Positions 25,201 to 38,187 of a stretch of DNA of 64,000 nt are shown one piece after another. This DNA is from Bugula neritina. Its lineage: Eukaryota > Animalia > Bryozoa. The notes beneath the pieces are model-generated. The model was not told the DNA's origin and did not search any database. It saw nothing but the letters and a program-made list of their open reading frames with translations. How positions within the stretch are numbered: position 1 is the first letter of the stretch; each line of letters begins with the position of its first letter. Position numbers and translations under genes: made by a program. Where the stretch lies: positions 17,777,700 to 17,841,699 of the forward strand of contig OZ037768.1 in NCBI GenBank assembly GCA_964035545.1, read 5' to 3'.

Positions 25201-26303
25201 TGGCTACACGAATTTTCTTGGAAAGACAAACATTGTTTCATGGTAACCTGAAATGTCCATAATAGCAATATATATAGAAAACAAAGTATGTTTGTTGCAC
25301 AAAGTACTAACCTACAACACCAGTTGTACCATCTCCGATTTCATCATCTTGAGATTGTGATAACTGTACTAGCAACTTAGCTATTTGGTGATCAACATCC
25401 ATCATCTTTAAAATAGTAGCACCATCATTGGTGACTGTAACTTCACCATCCGGAGTTACCATCATTTTATCCAAACCTTTCGGCCCAAGCGATGTACGAA
25501 TTATGGAAGCCACAGATTTTGCAGCTAGTATGTGAGACTAAAATTTAATAAACAATCATGAACAGTTGAATGGTCAGTAAATTATCCTTATTTATCATCA
25601 TATTCACATGGATTTTGATGCTGGATTGTGCGGCACAGAATTTGAATTTCAATGCCTAATCTGAAGCCACAAAGGTGTGGTACTATTAGTATAATAATAA
25701 TAATAATTACCACAGTACTGTCACTAGTCTTCTCATTTTGATTTCAACTTATTTTCCAGTTGAAGTACTTTGCTTACATTTTGATTTTCGTTTTGAAATT
25801 GATTTTGCAGTGCTCCACAATTATATTGCATTTAAAATTGACAGTAATAGCAATAGACTAATAGTAATAGTGATACCAAATCGATAACGTCAACTCAGTC
25901 TCACTATTTATTTACTTGAAGTTGCAGCTTTAATTTTAGATTTCAAAACAAAAATATCCCTCTGACTGAACTCGGAGCTACTAGTACTGCTAGGTTTGCA
26001 ACCAAAACATATTTCTCAATATTTTAAATTTAACTTTAAGCATTAAATGTGTAATATAATAATAATTCAATATAACTACATTTTATTATGGCTCGATTTT
26101 GTAACGCGAATATCGCATTCTGGAATATTCTACGCTCTTGATTATTCTATTTCTAGGCCGTACATTTAAAACTCATTCATTGATTGAAAAAAACTTACTT
26201 TGTGAGCCTCTATTCCTGTTAACCGCTTCTTCTGGTCTTGATCTTTAATAATAATGAACGGCCTACCATATTCATCAAAAGCTAGAGATCCCCCACTCGC
26301 CAT
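22287..26303 (-). CDS. CCT5: T-complex protein 1 subunit epsilon, about 10 exons
   Basis: Starts [22 protein letters not shown]; contains [61 protein letters not shown]; ends [15 protein letters not shown]. Approximate exons: 26303-26200, 25537-25312, 24709-24511, 24368-24177, 24026-23876, 23654-23498, 23371-23235, 22940-22803, 22693-22513, 22414-22287. Confidence 0.97.
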
Positions 26304-26604
26304 CTTAAAATCGATTGCAGCTCCCAAGACCAAAAATATATTAGATGAGAACCTTACTAGTCTTCTTTCAAATTCCTTTATTGATATTGTTATTAGTGCA
26401 AGCAGCGTTAGCTAGTTCTCGCATCTCAACGTATGTTGAGAGAATATTCCCGTTGCTATGACGAGAGATTTTTGCAAGGCAATTGAATAAATTTGCGAAA
26501 CCATTGGAAAGTATTACGGTCATACTTAACCTTACATTCACAGCAGCCAATTTTGAAACCACAAATAGCAAATCTTTAAAAAATACTAGACTATAGTTTT
26601 AAAT
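26304..26604. promoter_or_regulatory. Bidirectional promoter CCT5/TEX49 with a candidate RFX X-box (GTTGCTATGACGA, 26452-26464)
   Basis: Divergent ATGs about 300 bp apart; CpG-rich. A good X-box half-site GTTGCTATG with a degenerate second half precedes an axonemal gene. Confidence 0.65.
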
Positions 26605-27913
26605 ATGGCATTTTTTGGACTCACACATCTTGGCTATCAGAACAAAGTTAGACAAGGGATTTCACGGCCCGACTACACTGCTGAACAATGGTTGAAAAGA
26701 GAGCAAAAGCCCGGTGGAACAGATATTACACCATTGCCTCCTATCTCCGGATATGTACCTCCACGTAGATCTATTGTTCCAATAAATCAAACTTCTAGTT
26801 ACGGGTCTGGTCCAGGATTGCCAGGTGAAGAGTCTTGGAAAGAGCACATGAGACTAAGAACAAAACATTGCAGAAATCCTAAAGGTAAAAAGTAACAACA
26901 AATATAACTATAAGCCTTAGCCTTATATAACTCTTACTTAAATTGTTCTGTAGTTCATAATGAAAAAATTTAGGTAATGTACTTCAGTAGCTCATCATAA
27001 CTTCAATAAATAAATATAATCATGTTGATTGACAATATTATGTTCTCAAACTTCTCACTTGTTGGTTTGTAATGTAAGTTAGAATTGTCTAATTTTCTTT
27101 AGGAGAGACTAAAAAATGGCTGATAATCTATAGTTATGAAATTTACTTGAGCAATGATTATTCTATTCTGAACTTTGGTACTAACAATAGAAAAAGTCGG
27201 GCGATACCAGACAACCTCCCACTAATTTCAAATAATCGTTTTAGAATAACAAAAAAGTATTGTGCATATTGAAAAATTGACAACTAATAGTGTTTTACTA
27301 ATTTCATGTAGAACCTGTGGAGATTTACCGGATTCCAATTACTACAACACAAGGAGTCGCAGCATGGAGGAAAGATGAGCCAATAAAAGAAAGAGAGCCT
27401 TGGACATGTGTTCCTAGACATTCACATGTAAATAGTGAAATGACAAAGTGAGTAGTGTATTGCTATATTTTATATTGTGATCTAGGCTACATTCTAATAA
27501 AATGAAATGCTTGAAAAATACAAATTTCTTTCAATTTTAAATTTTTGCTGTATGTTGTATGCATATGTTGCTGCAAATCATGAAGGAGTTAAATTGTTGA
27601 AAAATATGTATGTAAAACAAAAATTATATAAATCACAATTATCGTATCATTAATGGTGAACTATACACTCTAGTTGAAGCTAATAATCTGGTTTACAATT
27701 TGTAGGCAGAAATATTCAAGTTCATATAAGAAATGCTGCAACAATTGCATAATGCTATGTTTTATATTTCAATCAGGACTTGCAATGTAAACTTGTGCAT
27801 ACAGCTAATATTGTGCTTAGTAACTCCATGGTTTGTGTGTATCACTATTTTTTGTGTTTTGTAGATTTGTTCATGATATGCAGTTAACAAACAGGGAATT
27901 TTCCCTATACTAG
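26605..27913 (+). CDS. TEX49: TEX49/SPMIP11-like microtubule inner protein, 3 exons
   Basis: Exons 26605-26884, 27312-27447, 27865-27913. The N-terminus MAFFGLTHLGYQN, internal LPPI, IYRIPITT, EPW-x3-PRH-x3-SEMTKF and C-terminal NREFSLY* match the recalled TEX49 sequence (MAFFNLYLLGYQN...NDRTFSLY). Confidence 0.88.
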
Positions 27914-29550
27914 AACTATCTGGTCGTGAGATTGAAGAGCAAGAATGTATCTAGCACTTTGAAAAGTTGTAAATAAAATTGAGATATTCTGTAGTTCTAC
28001 AAAAAGTTTTACTAGTAGAGTAAGCAAGGCATATTGAATATTTCTTAATGAGTAGAAGATAACTATATAACATTTCAATATAACTATTTAAAAATATGAA
28101 TCAATTTCTGTGATGTTTTTATTATCTTTTGTTGATGTATATTATATATAGGTAATCTATATTACGTAGAAATTTTAGGTGCTGCAATAAATAAATTATA
28201 GAGTATATCTAATTATATGGACATAAAATGTTTTTATACACAACATATATATAAATTTCAATTTATAATCTTTCACCTCTAACAGTTACAATTATGAAAA
28301 TATATCTTGTTTGCAAATTGATTGTTGTAAAAATACTATAGCATTTACAACAGCATAGCATGCAGTAAATTTACAAAAAAATGTGTACTTTTGAAAAATC
28401 AAGATATGTGCATGCAAAAAGATCGGCGAGAGAATCTAAAGCTTTGGGACCATCTTTCCAAATGAGTAGAAAACATGCACAGGTCTTGCTTCATTGTTGA
28501 CTACTTAGTTATTGCATCACTACATACATTTACAACGTTCATAATGTATTATGTTAAACATAAAATGCTGTCTTTTGTTACAAATAAACAATGTAAAACT
28601 TAGCATATGCATAAACCTGTTCAGAAATGCTGCGAAAATTGACAATTCACAACAATTATATTTTAATGCACAATGCCACTGTAAAAAGATGTTATACAGC
28701 ATTTGTATGTCCATGCATGTACCTATTTGAAGTCACGCCCATTGAAACATAACGTTTCAATCCAGTGGTCACGCCCTAGTTACTTTTGTGACCAATTGCT
28801 GATGCTGATATCATAACATGCGCAACTGCTCTTGCATTCTTGTTTACAAATGGCTGACAACCACCAAGCAGTACTTATTAAGTACTCATATGGTTTTTAG
28901 CTCCAATGCACTCTACAATTACATTAATTAGAGAGATACTATATTTTTTTAGTTTAAGCATAAAAAGCTAATTTGTATATATTTTACATTTTAACTTTTA
29001 ATTATAAACTTAATGAGTCAGAATTCGTTTGGAAAACTAAGTTAGTAATTTACTAATTAGTATAACTATAAGTATTAGTATTACTATTAGTATTAGTATT
29101 ACTATTACTATTAGTATTACCATTAGTATTAGTATTACTATTACTGTACTAGTAACTGTAAATAAAAATATAAGTATAAGTATAACAATTTACCATTATG
29201 ATTTTCCTAACCTGCTTTCTCTTTTAGTTTTTATTACTTATAGTTATAGTAGTTAATAATAACAAAACGCAATTTAAAAATTATGCTGAAAGTAAATGTT
29301 GCAAGTGTATTGTAACTTTTCGGATAATTTTAATGACTTATGACATAGCCTACTATTAAACTAATGCTATTATTATAGGCCGTAAAATTTTAGTGCATAA
29401 ATGTAATGGCCATAGTGGGGCAATAGTTTTAAGTTATTAAGAATGACATTTTATGGTAAATATTGCTAGTTGTTTAATTTTGACAAATCTCAAAACTAGA
29501 GAGCAATTTATTTTGTTTTTACTTTTAAGAGGCCTGTAATTATCACTGCA

Positions 29551-32500
29551 ATGGCTGATTTGAATGATGCTGATCTTAAAAAGAAATTTGTACAGCTTCA
29601 ACAGCAACAGCAAGCAAAGTTAGAGAAAAGAAGAAAAAAGAAACAAGATCAAAAAAGCAAATCTGATTCTCAAAATGTTGCAAATAATAATTCTAAAAAT
29701 GAACTAAATGGAGAAAATAAGAAGCCTGCTTTTGGAGTGGACGATGAGCTTGATCTTAAGGTACTCAAATTTTATTTTATGATGACTCAATATTATAAGG
29801 AATGCAAAACTAAAACATTGATATTTGTAAAACATCATCTTCTCTGATGCATCTCACATTTATTACTAAATTTGCAGTAATGTGTTTTGTTTCCATGCAA
29901 AACTTTTATTTTAATAATCTGCAGCTAAAAATGTGTTAGTTGATTTGCAGGTTCATGATTTCAATTCATGACAAATTTTATATATTGTGCAAATTACTCT
30001 CAGTCTTTTATTAGAATGAGTGAATTTTGAACTTTCATTTTTGCATTGCATTTAAATTATGCAAGTGCTGTTTTTGTATGCGCAGAGATATGTGAATTTT
30101 TTATGGTTTTCTTCTAGATAGAAGATCCATTGCCAAAGACCTCCTCTTATCTTTCACCAGAGTTGGTGGAACATTTGAATGAACAGATAAGGGTATGCTG
30201 ACTTTCTAATTTTTATTGATTTTCGTATTAAATAAGTTTGTATTGGGGCATCTGTTTAATGCATCTCGCTTTCTAAAAGTTATGTAATAATTTCTATCAT
30301 CTAATTATTTTTATATTTATCTAGGTGATCTAATTGATAATAGCAGAAAATATTTAATAATAAATAATTTTGCTGCATATTTTTTAGAGTTTTAAAGTAG
30401 AGGAGAAAAATTGAATTATGTGCAATATATTGCTGTTTTTTCAGCTGTATTAAAGTATGGGTACAATGTTTTAGTACAAAAAAAAAATGGGTTTAGGCTT
30501 TCATTTGTACTGACTTGCCTGTTATAAGTATTATGTCTGGATGGGTTATGAACATATCTTCATATTGCATTCCATTCTTCTATATTTAGTTTTTGCACAT
30601 TACAGAAAGTGATGCCCATCTTCACATTTTCCTCATTTATTATTTTTGCATACTGTGTATTGCAACATTTATTTTGTTTTATACATTTGCTCTGGTATCT
30701 TATAGCAAAAAGCTTCTTTGCATGTGTCTCTCAGACACTATGCACTCTTTGAGACTTGTTTTTCTAACAATAATTAATAATATAAAGCTAGTATTTAAAA
30801 AATAAAGAAATATTATTGTTTAAATTTGGTGGCTTAGGATCAACAATTATAAAAGTTGTCCAGGTATATAATCAAACAGGTATCTTTAAATTACAGTTGA
30901 ACAGTGTCAAGCTCATCTTACTAATCACTAGAAAGAGATTACCTATGACACTTTACTTATCGTATTTCTTTATGAAACAAGTCATTACTAAATTATATTT
31001 CTTCATCATTGAACTTGAAAACAAATGCACACTCTGAAAGTGTTTTACACTAAAATTGAAATACCCAGCAAATTAGCTGAACAGTAGTGACTGCATTTCC
31101 TACTTATTTGGTGATGTTTATAGATAGTGGGAGCTTAATTATAGCAAACAAGAGAGTATGTTGTATATTTTGCTTGAATTTGTACCATTTTACTAGATTT
31201 GTAGGTAAAGCAACATATATACATAGATATATCAATCAGAAGTTATGTTGGTAGATTTTCATAATTTGCATTGACTTTATTAAAAAAAAATTTTATTTTT
31301 ATAACTTCGTTTAAAAATTTTAAAAATCAATTTTATTTTTTCTATTAATAAGTTGCATCAACTTTTATTCAATTTTATTGTTAGGAACTGAAAGATGAAA
31401 ATGGAAGGCTTTTTAAATTACTGGGTGAACGTGATTATGAAATTAGGCAACTGAAGAAAAAGCAAGAAGAAGATAAAATAGCCCTTGCAGGTAAAATAAT
31501 GATGAGTTTGGCTAATATAGCTGCAGAAGTTCCTGGTATTCAATTGCTGCTTCAAGTTGCAGGCATCTTATTGATTATATTTTTTTTAGGATCTTCTTCA
31601 CTATCAGCAGATACAGCTGCTGCTAAAATTGTTGAACTTTCTAAGAAGGTAAGAGAGCTGAATGCTTCGTTAGAAGCTAAAAAGACAGAAGCCAAGCAAT
31701 TATTCGGGAGATGTAGGCATCTAGAGAATGAGGTATGTTAACTCAGGATACTACGTGTTATTCATACAATAAGCTCTGATTTGATACCTTAAAAGGATAT
31801 TTGAGCTTATGAATAAAATGTTTACCTCTGTTGTAAAGTGAAAAAATTATGTACAAATGAAGTTTTGCTTTACTATATTTTTAAAGTGTATAAATTGTCA
31901 TATGGTTAGGCATATACTACTGGCTATTTCTTCCTGTATTTGAATCAATGAAAGCTTACAAAAAATTATAATTTTGTTCTTTCCAGCATTTTCAGGGCTG
32001 GCTTTAAAGTTAGTTAAAAAACAAGAAATTTGAAAAAAAAACTGTCACTTATAGCTGCATATGTAAAGTATGAACAGCTTGCATAAACTGTATATAGTTG
32101 TAGCAATTACCCAATCTACATGTATTGTATAATAAGGTAACTGGTGGTTTTTGACTTTTAAATTTTTGCAAATAGTTTTTAGCAACAAATATTGTTTTAT
32201 ATGAATTCCAGTTAGCAAAATCATCTGAGAAAGAGTCACCTCGACTGAGCACAGTTACTAATCCTAATGATGAGTCATCTACCAGTAGAACAGCTCGAGA
32301 AACTGATGTCAAATTTATTACGGAGAAACTAAAACTATCTGAACAACGTAACGCGGAATACAGAAATAGTGTTCAGGGTCTAAGAAATGAGTTAAAGATG
32401 GCGCAAAAGGTGTGTGTATGACTTGCAAATAAGATACTTTAGCAGGTAGATAAAGGTAACTTATACACTATATTTGTAGGCTTACTCGGCGAGAGTATGA

Positions 32501-35500
32501 TAATTTTATACAATGACAACTGTTTTATATGGGTATTATTTTATTTTATATACTGATTATTTTTATTGTTTTGTGTTTAGGTAATAAATAATGAAGTGGG
32601 GGAGGGAGTAAATATTCATGATCTTCTGAATGCTGACAGCACATGGCGAGGAAGAGCTCAGATGATCTTAGGACTTCAGAAAAAGGTACACATCTACCCT
32701 GTATTCTGTTATGATTGAAATTTTTACAGTATATTATTGGTAATACTGTTTGTACACACTAAGGTAAGTATATTAGAATTTACACATCATATTATGCTAA
32801 TCAAATTTTTCATCAGTTGATTTTGTACCTTTTAAACCCAGTTGAACTTGGTGTTACCAATCATTTTTACATGTTTTATGTTGCTGTATAATCTATTAAT
32901 ATAAAACAAAATTGAACTTAAATTGTCTAAACAATCTATTACTTAAAGTTTCATGCATCTTAAATCGCAATCTCATCAGATGCATCTCAAATTATACATG
33001 CTCCTAATATTAATACAAAATAATATTTTGCTTTCAGTCAATCGTAACATTTTAAAAACATTCTTATTTTGTTCTGCTCTAGCTTAAATAAATATGCACA
33101 ACATTTTATGACCACTACAACATTTATTATCTACTCTTGTAAACTTTATTATTTCTGTAAGTTTGATGTATGATAGGTTGGGGAGTTGAAGTCTGAGCTA
33201 ACTCAGTATCAATCTCTATCAACACAAACTAAATACGGTGAAGGAGGTGATGAGGACACGGGGTCAGAGTTCATGGGTGCCAAACAATCGAAAGGAGCTG
33301 ATATGAAGCACAGGGAGGCTCTTCGAAAACTTGAAAGAGAAAAAAAAGAGCAGCAAGAGGTGCCAACATTTTACAAACCTTTATAATATGTGTGTGAGCA
33401 AGGCTCTCCAGTGCTGTATATAATTTGTTACAAAAATTCTGCAAGTGGATTTTTAGAAGAAATATGCCAGCTATATTTTATGATTTTATGAAAGTATATT
33501 GTATTTTGCCTTTTAGAAATAACATCATTTTATTGCACTTCATTGCGGCATTTTCTTCACACAAATAAAATTTTTGGTCATGGAAGTTTCAAAGTGTACA
33601 TTGAGTTAGATCAATTTATAGGCAAGCAGTTGCTTTTTTTCGTTTTTCATATGTTTTATAGGTACAGAAAAGACCATTAATGGTTAAAAAAATTGAATGT
33701 TGTTTCTTACTATGTATTGATATTTTTGTGATGCTTTTTTTTTATTTAAACATGAATATGTGGTTTCAGAGTGCAGAAGCTGAATTGAAAGCATTAGAAG
33801 CTGACTTTGCTAACATGAAGCAAAAGATGGAGGCTAGTAAAGCCAGAAATAAAGTTCTAGCCAATGAAAACAAACTGTTGAAAACAGAGATGCAAAAGCT
33901 GGTTGACAAGGGTCTGCATGATGATGAGTTGATATCAGCCCTGATTGTAAGTTGAAGGTCCCTGCAGCGTTACTGTAAATTACATCATTCTTAGCTGTTA
34001 AATTAGCCAATAGCTTTGCAAATAGTTTATTAAAACTTAGTATTAATATAGGTATCAGATTCAGTATATTATCTTTGTTATGCTTTTCGACTAGTCCAAA
34101 CCTTTTTATTACTTTTTTAATACTGCTTAGCACCTGCAATTCTTATATGCAATCTATTTTTTAAATGTGGATGTGGATGTGATGCTTTTATGATCAAATG
34201 AATTATTTAGTTACTTTTCTGTGGTTATCATTAACTTTAACTTGAAAACTTAACTTCTTTTGGTTAGGAGTTAAAAAATCATTTAGCAGTGTTAACTAGG
34301 TCAAAAGCCATCTAGCATCAAATAACCATGATGAAAACTTGTTGGTATGACAATTGCTTTTTTATGAGTCATGCCTCATTATGAAGCGTTTCAGTTCTCA
34401 TACGCAAATGAAATATTTGACTGTTTATGTTTATGCATTATATTCACTCTGATTTTATTATGAAGTTAGAGCTCAGTGTGTAAAAAACTGTTACTAAGGT
34501 TGATCAAACTAATTCATTTGTCTGAATGCAGATTTGAATTTAAAGCAGGTAAAACCATGATGTTGGTTTTGCAGGCACAGCAAGCTAACATGAAGACAAT
34601 GATAGAACAGCTGACAGCCTTGCAGAAAGAAACCCAGGCCACGCAGCAGGATAGGATGAGTGAGATGACTGCTAAGACACAGCAGGAGAACAACGTTATT
34701 CACCAACTCAAAGCAATAGTCAGTGAGAAAGAGGGCAAAGTTAAACTCTTAGAAAAAGAACTTATTCAACTTAAGCAAACAGTTAGTTATATGATTTTAC
34801 ATACAGGAAGTTTTAATTGTGAATTTTATCAAGTCAATTACATGTTTTTCTGTTTAGACTATTCTCTGTGTTGATCATTTTCCTGCCATTTAACTAAATG
34901 TATAATTTTGATTAATTTATATATGTGAAGATTACTTATTGGAGATGTTTTGTTTTATGATTTTTCATATAGAAAATACAAGAATCCCAGATGAACAGTG
35001 TCAACTCTCTATTTGACCAGCCTTCTACTGCTCGTTCTGACAGACCAGGTAGTAAGGCTGGAGCAGGTTCTGTTGAAAGACCAGGTAGTAAGGCTAGAGC
35101 AGGTTCTAGTGAAAGACCAGGTAGTAAAGCTGGAGCAGGTTCTAGTGAAAGACCAGGTAGTAAGGCTGGAATAAGTTCTGTTGAAAGACCAGGTAGTAAG
35201 GCTAGAGCAGGTTCTAGTGAAAGACCAGGTAGTAAGGCTGGAGCAAGCAATGCTGTAAAAGATGAAAACCTTGGAGATGATGATAGTCTCACTCTAAGCC
35301 CCTCACCTCCGCCCAGTGGTTCTGCAACCACTAAAGCTTCTAAACGGCATGGGACCCATAGTGGTAATTTCTCATGTTTTTAGATTTTGAAATTCTAGTT
35401 GTTTGTTAAATTCTGAATGCTCTTATATTTTCATCTAGGAACTTTTCATGAGAATACAGTTTCTGTAATTTAAAGTTGAATTGCACATTGGTTCAGTATA

Positions 35501-37356
35501 AATATGTTTTATTTTATTATTGTTGAAGCTGTTATGATAGTCAAAAAGGTTTTTTGGTCCGACGTCTCACATTTTTCCTTTATATCTATAAATCTGGTTT
35601 AGTAGTGATATATTTTGTAGTCAATAGCGTACATAGACCTGGGTCACGGCCGCTGTCTGCTAGTAAAAGGTCAACAAAGGTTGAAGATCGACCACTATCT
35701 AGAAGAACTCCCTCCAGACCTGGCACTTCATCATCAGCGTAAGAAGTTGAAATCTTTTAATGAAATAAGATATAAATTTTAGATAGGCATTAATTTGTGT
35801 TTTTGGAATGCTTTATTTGGCACCATCTTATTTTGATTTTAAAACGTATTACATCAATACTTGTTGATTCTGGATTAAAATTGTTTTCTGTTCATATTTT
35901 GGAAGGCAAAACAGTCAGAAAATTGTAATGAAAATTGTGGTATTTCTCTCATTCAAGTTAGAATTTAACCTAATTTATCAAGTGTGCTCATTTTACTACA
36001 TGACGGTATATATGTATGTGTCATATTTAGTTAGTTTTCTAGAACTCCACTCTGTTTTGTGTGACTCAACAACAAACTATTATTTAGACAGTTGAAGTTT
36101 CAATTTATGCACTTGAAGTTAAACAGCACAATATCTAGCTCTTCCAATACTTTTAGAAAGCACGCAGAAATTGTTGAGCTGGAAAAGCAGTGTCAGGAGT
36201 ACCAAAGTTTATTACAGGCAGCAGAGGTAGAGCGTGATAGGCTAATGGAGCTGATCAAGATCATGCAGAAGAGGTAACATCTTGTAGTTCAGCAGCTACC
36301 TGTAACTTAGCTCAGCCTATATACCTTGTACATAGTATTTATTTTATTTATTTTATCTCTACTTTTGGCTCCATTTGATCAGAGAACCAGATTATAAGCT
36401 ATAATTTAAAAATAATACAAATTAATAAATTTAACGGAGTAAATAATTCAGTTTATTTATTATTTATTTTCTTCATATGAAACTGATATCTTATTTTACT
36501 TTCTTTAGGTACGAAGAGAGCAATGAAAAATGTCTAGAGTATCAAAATGAAATGAAAGTTCACAAGCTGAATGCTGTTCAACTTGAAAAGCTAATAGGAA
36601 AGATGAAGTTAGAAAATTCCAGTAAAACTAATGCAGGTAAATCTTTGGTTTGTAGTTCATTGCTATTTAGAATAATATGCTATATGCTAATAGCTATGTT
36701 GACATATGCAGCAGGTACATGTAATGGCTGATCATGGCATGTACACAGAGTTTATTTGCGGTTTGCAATGAGAACATATATAAGAAACTTGAAACTAAAT
36801 TTTTATGTTATAAAATAAGGTTAAATTTAACTGTAAAGTGCAAAGCATGACAAAAGTTTACACGATTAGGATGTATCATATTATATCTGCTGTTTATAAA
36901 AGAAATATTTTCTTGCTTTGATTTTCTATCAATCATAGCAGCTGGCATTATGAAAGCGGTTTGTTGCGGGTTGTATTTATTTTTCTCTAATCAATGTTGT
37001 TTGTAATAATAATTGTTAAAATTACTTTTGAGTCATTGTTGAAATTTTCCTGTTCAGTTACAATTTAATGCCAGATACCTTTTTAAACAGGAAACAGAAA
37101 AAAAGAAAAGTCAAACATGAGCGGAGTTGTCCCCTTTAGCAGTTCTACTGACCTGAAAGGAATTCTCTCTTCAGATCAGCTAAGTGAGCTGGAGACCTCA
37201 TTAGCTTTGCAAAAAGATGAGAATGAGGCATTGAAAGTGGCACTTGAAAGCACATTGAAAGCAAAAGAAGAAGATTTGAAGGTGTACAATGACATGCTTG
37301 AACAGACCAAGCTTGTTTTCCTGCAAGGTTTAAGGCAAATTAGAGGCGGGAATTAA
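29551..37356 (+). CDS. CCDC13: Coiled-coil domain-containing protein 13 (centriolar satellite / ciliary), about 14 exons
   Basis: Motifs ELKDENGRLFKLLGERDYEI, AAKIVELSKK, WRGRAQ, ASKARNKVL, HDDELISAL, AAEVERDRL, LKAKEEDL. Approximate exons: 29551-29760, 30118-30192, 31385-31490, 31590-31732, 32211-32409, 32581-32685, 33177-33359, 33770-33946, 34575-34781, 34973-35363, 35621-35738, 36157-36273, 36509-36636, 37091-37356. Confidence 0.92.
35039..35248 (+). repeat. Coding 36-bp minisatellite (about 6 x ERPGSKA[G/R]AGS[S/V]) within a CCDC13 exon
   Basis: Unit gaaagaccaggtagtaaggctggagcaggttctgtt repeated in frame with very few substitutions. Confidence 0.95.
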
Positions 37357-37875
37357 AGTTTATATTGTTATATGTAATTACATTTGTATTTTTACTATAT
37401 ATACAGTCATTATCTATATACGCTATTGGTTGTTGATTGGTTAATAAAATCAAATGATATCAGCACAAAATAAAAGTATGTTGTATGATTTTACTAAATA
37501 ATGTATGCAAGTGTCACCTTTTCAATATTTAAAACATTTGAGTACAACTTTATGAATGCATCTATTTTGCAACATTACATTGTAGGTAGAAGGTAAATTT
37601 AAAATATTTAATTATTAATGCGATTTCTGTAAGGAGCACGGCTAGTGTAAGTGTAGTTCCAGAGGTGACTTCAAAAGGATGGCTTCCTGTCATCTTTAAT
37701 CTATTGATTTGGGAAACTCAAGAGGAGGCATACACATCGTATACTAATTGTATAGTTCAACAAGAATTTACTCTACACTAACTGAAATTACAGTACATAG
37801 AATGAGTTGCAGTCATAATATTACAGAATGGAGAAAATAGCTTATACCTGCAGTAGGCCTAGGGAGTAAACGCTA

Positions 37876-38187
37876 ACCCCCTATTCACACTTACCGTATC
37901 GTACGTCGTAACAGCAAATATCAGCCATTTTTACAAATGTCTGAGCTTCCTGTACGGTGTTGCAGTACGGTAGGATCAAGCACTACTTGATTCAAATAAG
38001 TTGCGGCGGACTCCTATTGGACAGAAAAACTTTTGCGTTAATTCATTGGATATAATTGTCCAATGTAGTGTCATAGATCGTACCTAATAGCGGACTTTGA
38101 AAACTTCAGCCCGGACACATTAAAAATGGCTGATATTTGCTGTTACGCGTACAATACGGTACAATACGGTAAATGTGAATAGGGGGT
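37876..38187. mobile_element. MITE of about 312 bp with long imperfect TIRs, flanked by TA
   Basis: TA|ACCCCCTATTCACACTTACCGTAT...GTAACAGCAAATATCAGCCATTTTTA mirrors TAAAAATGGCTGATATTTGCTGTTAC...ATACGGTAAATGTGAATAGGGGGT|TA over roughly 55-70 bp. No ORF. Confidence 0.88.

Noticed and set aside
34936-35331. 131-aa antisense ORF
   Set aside because: Shadow frame of the CCDC13 coding repeat.
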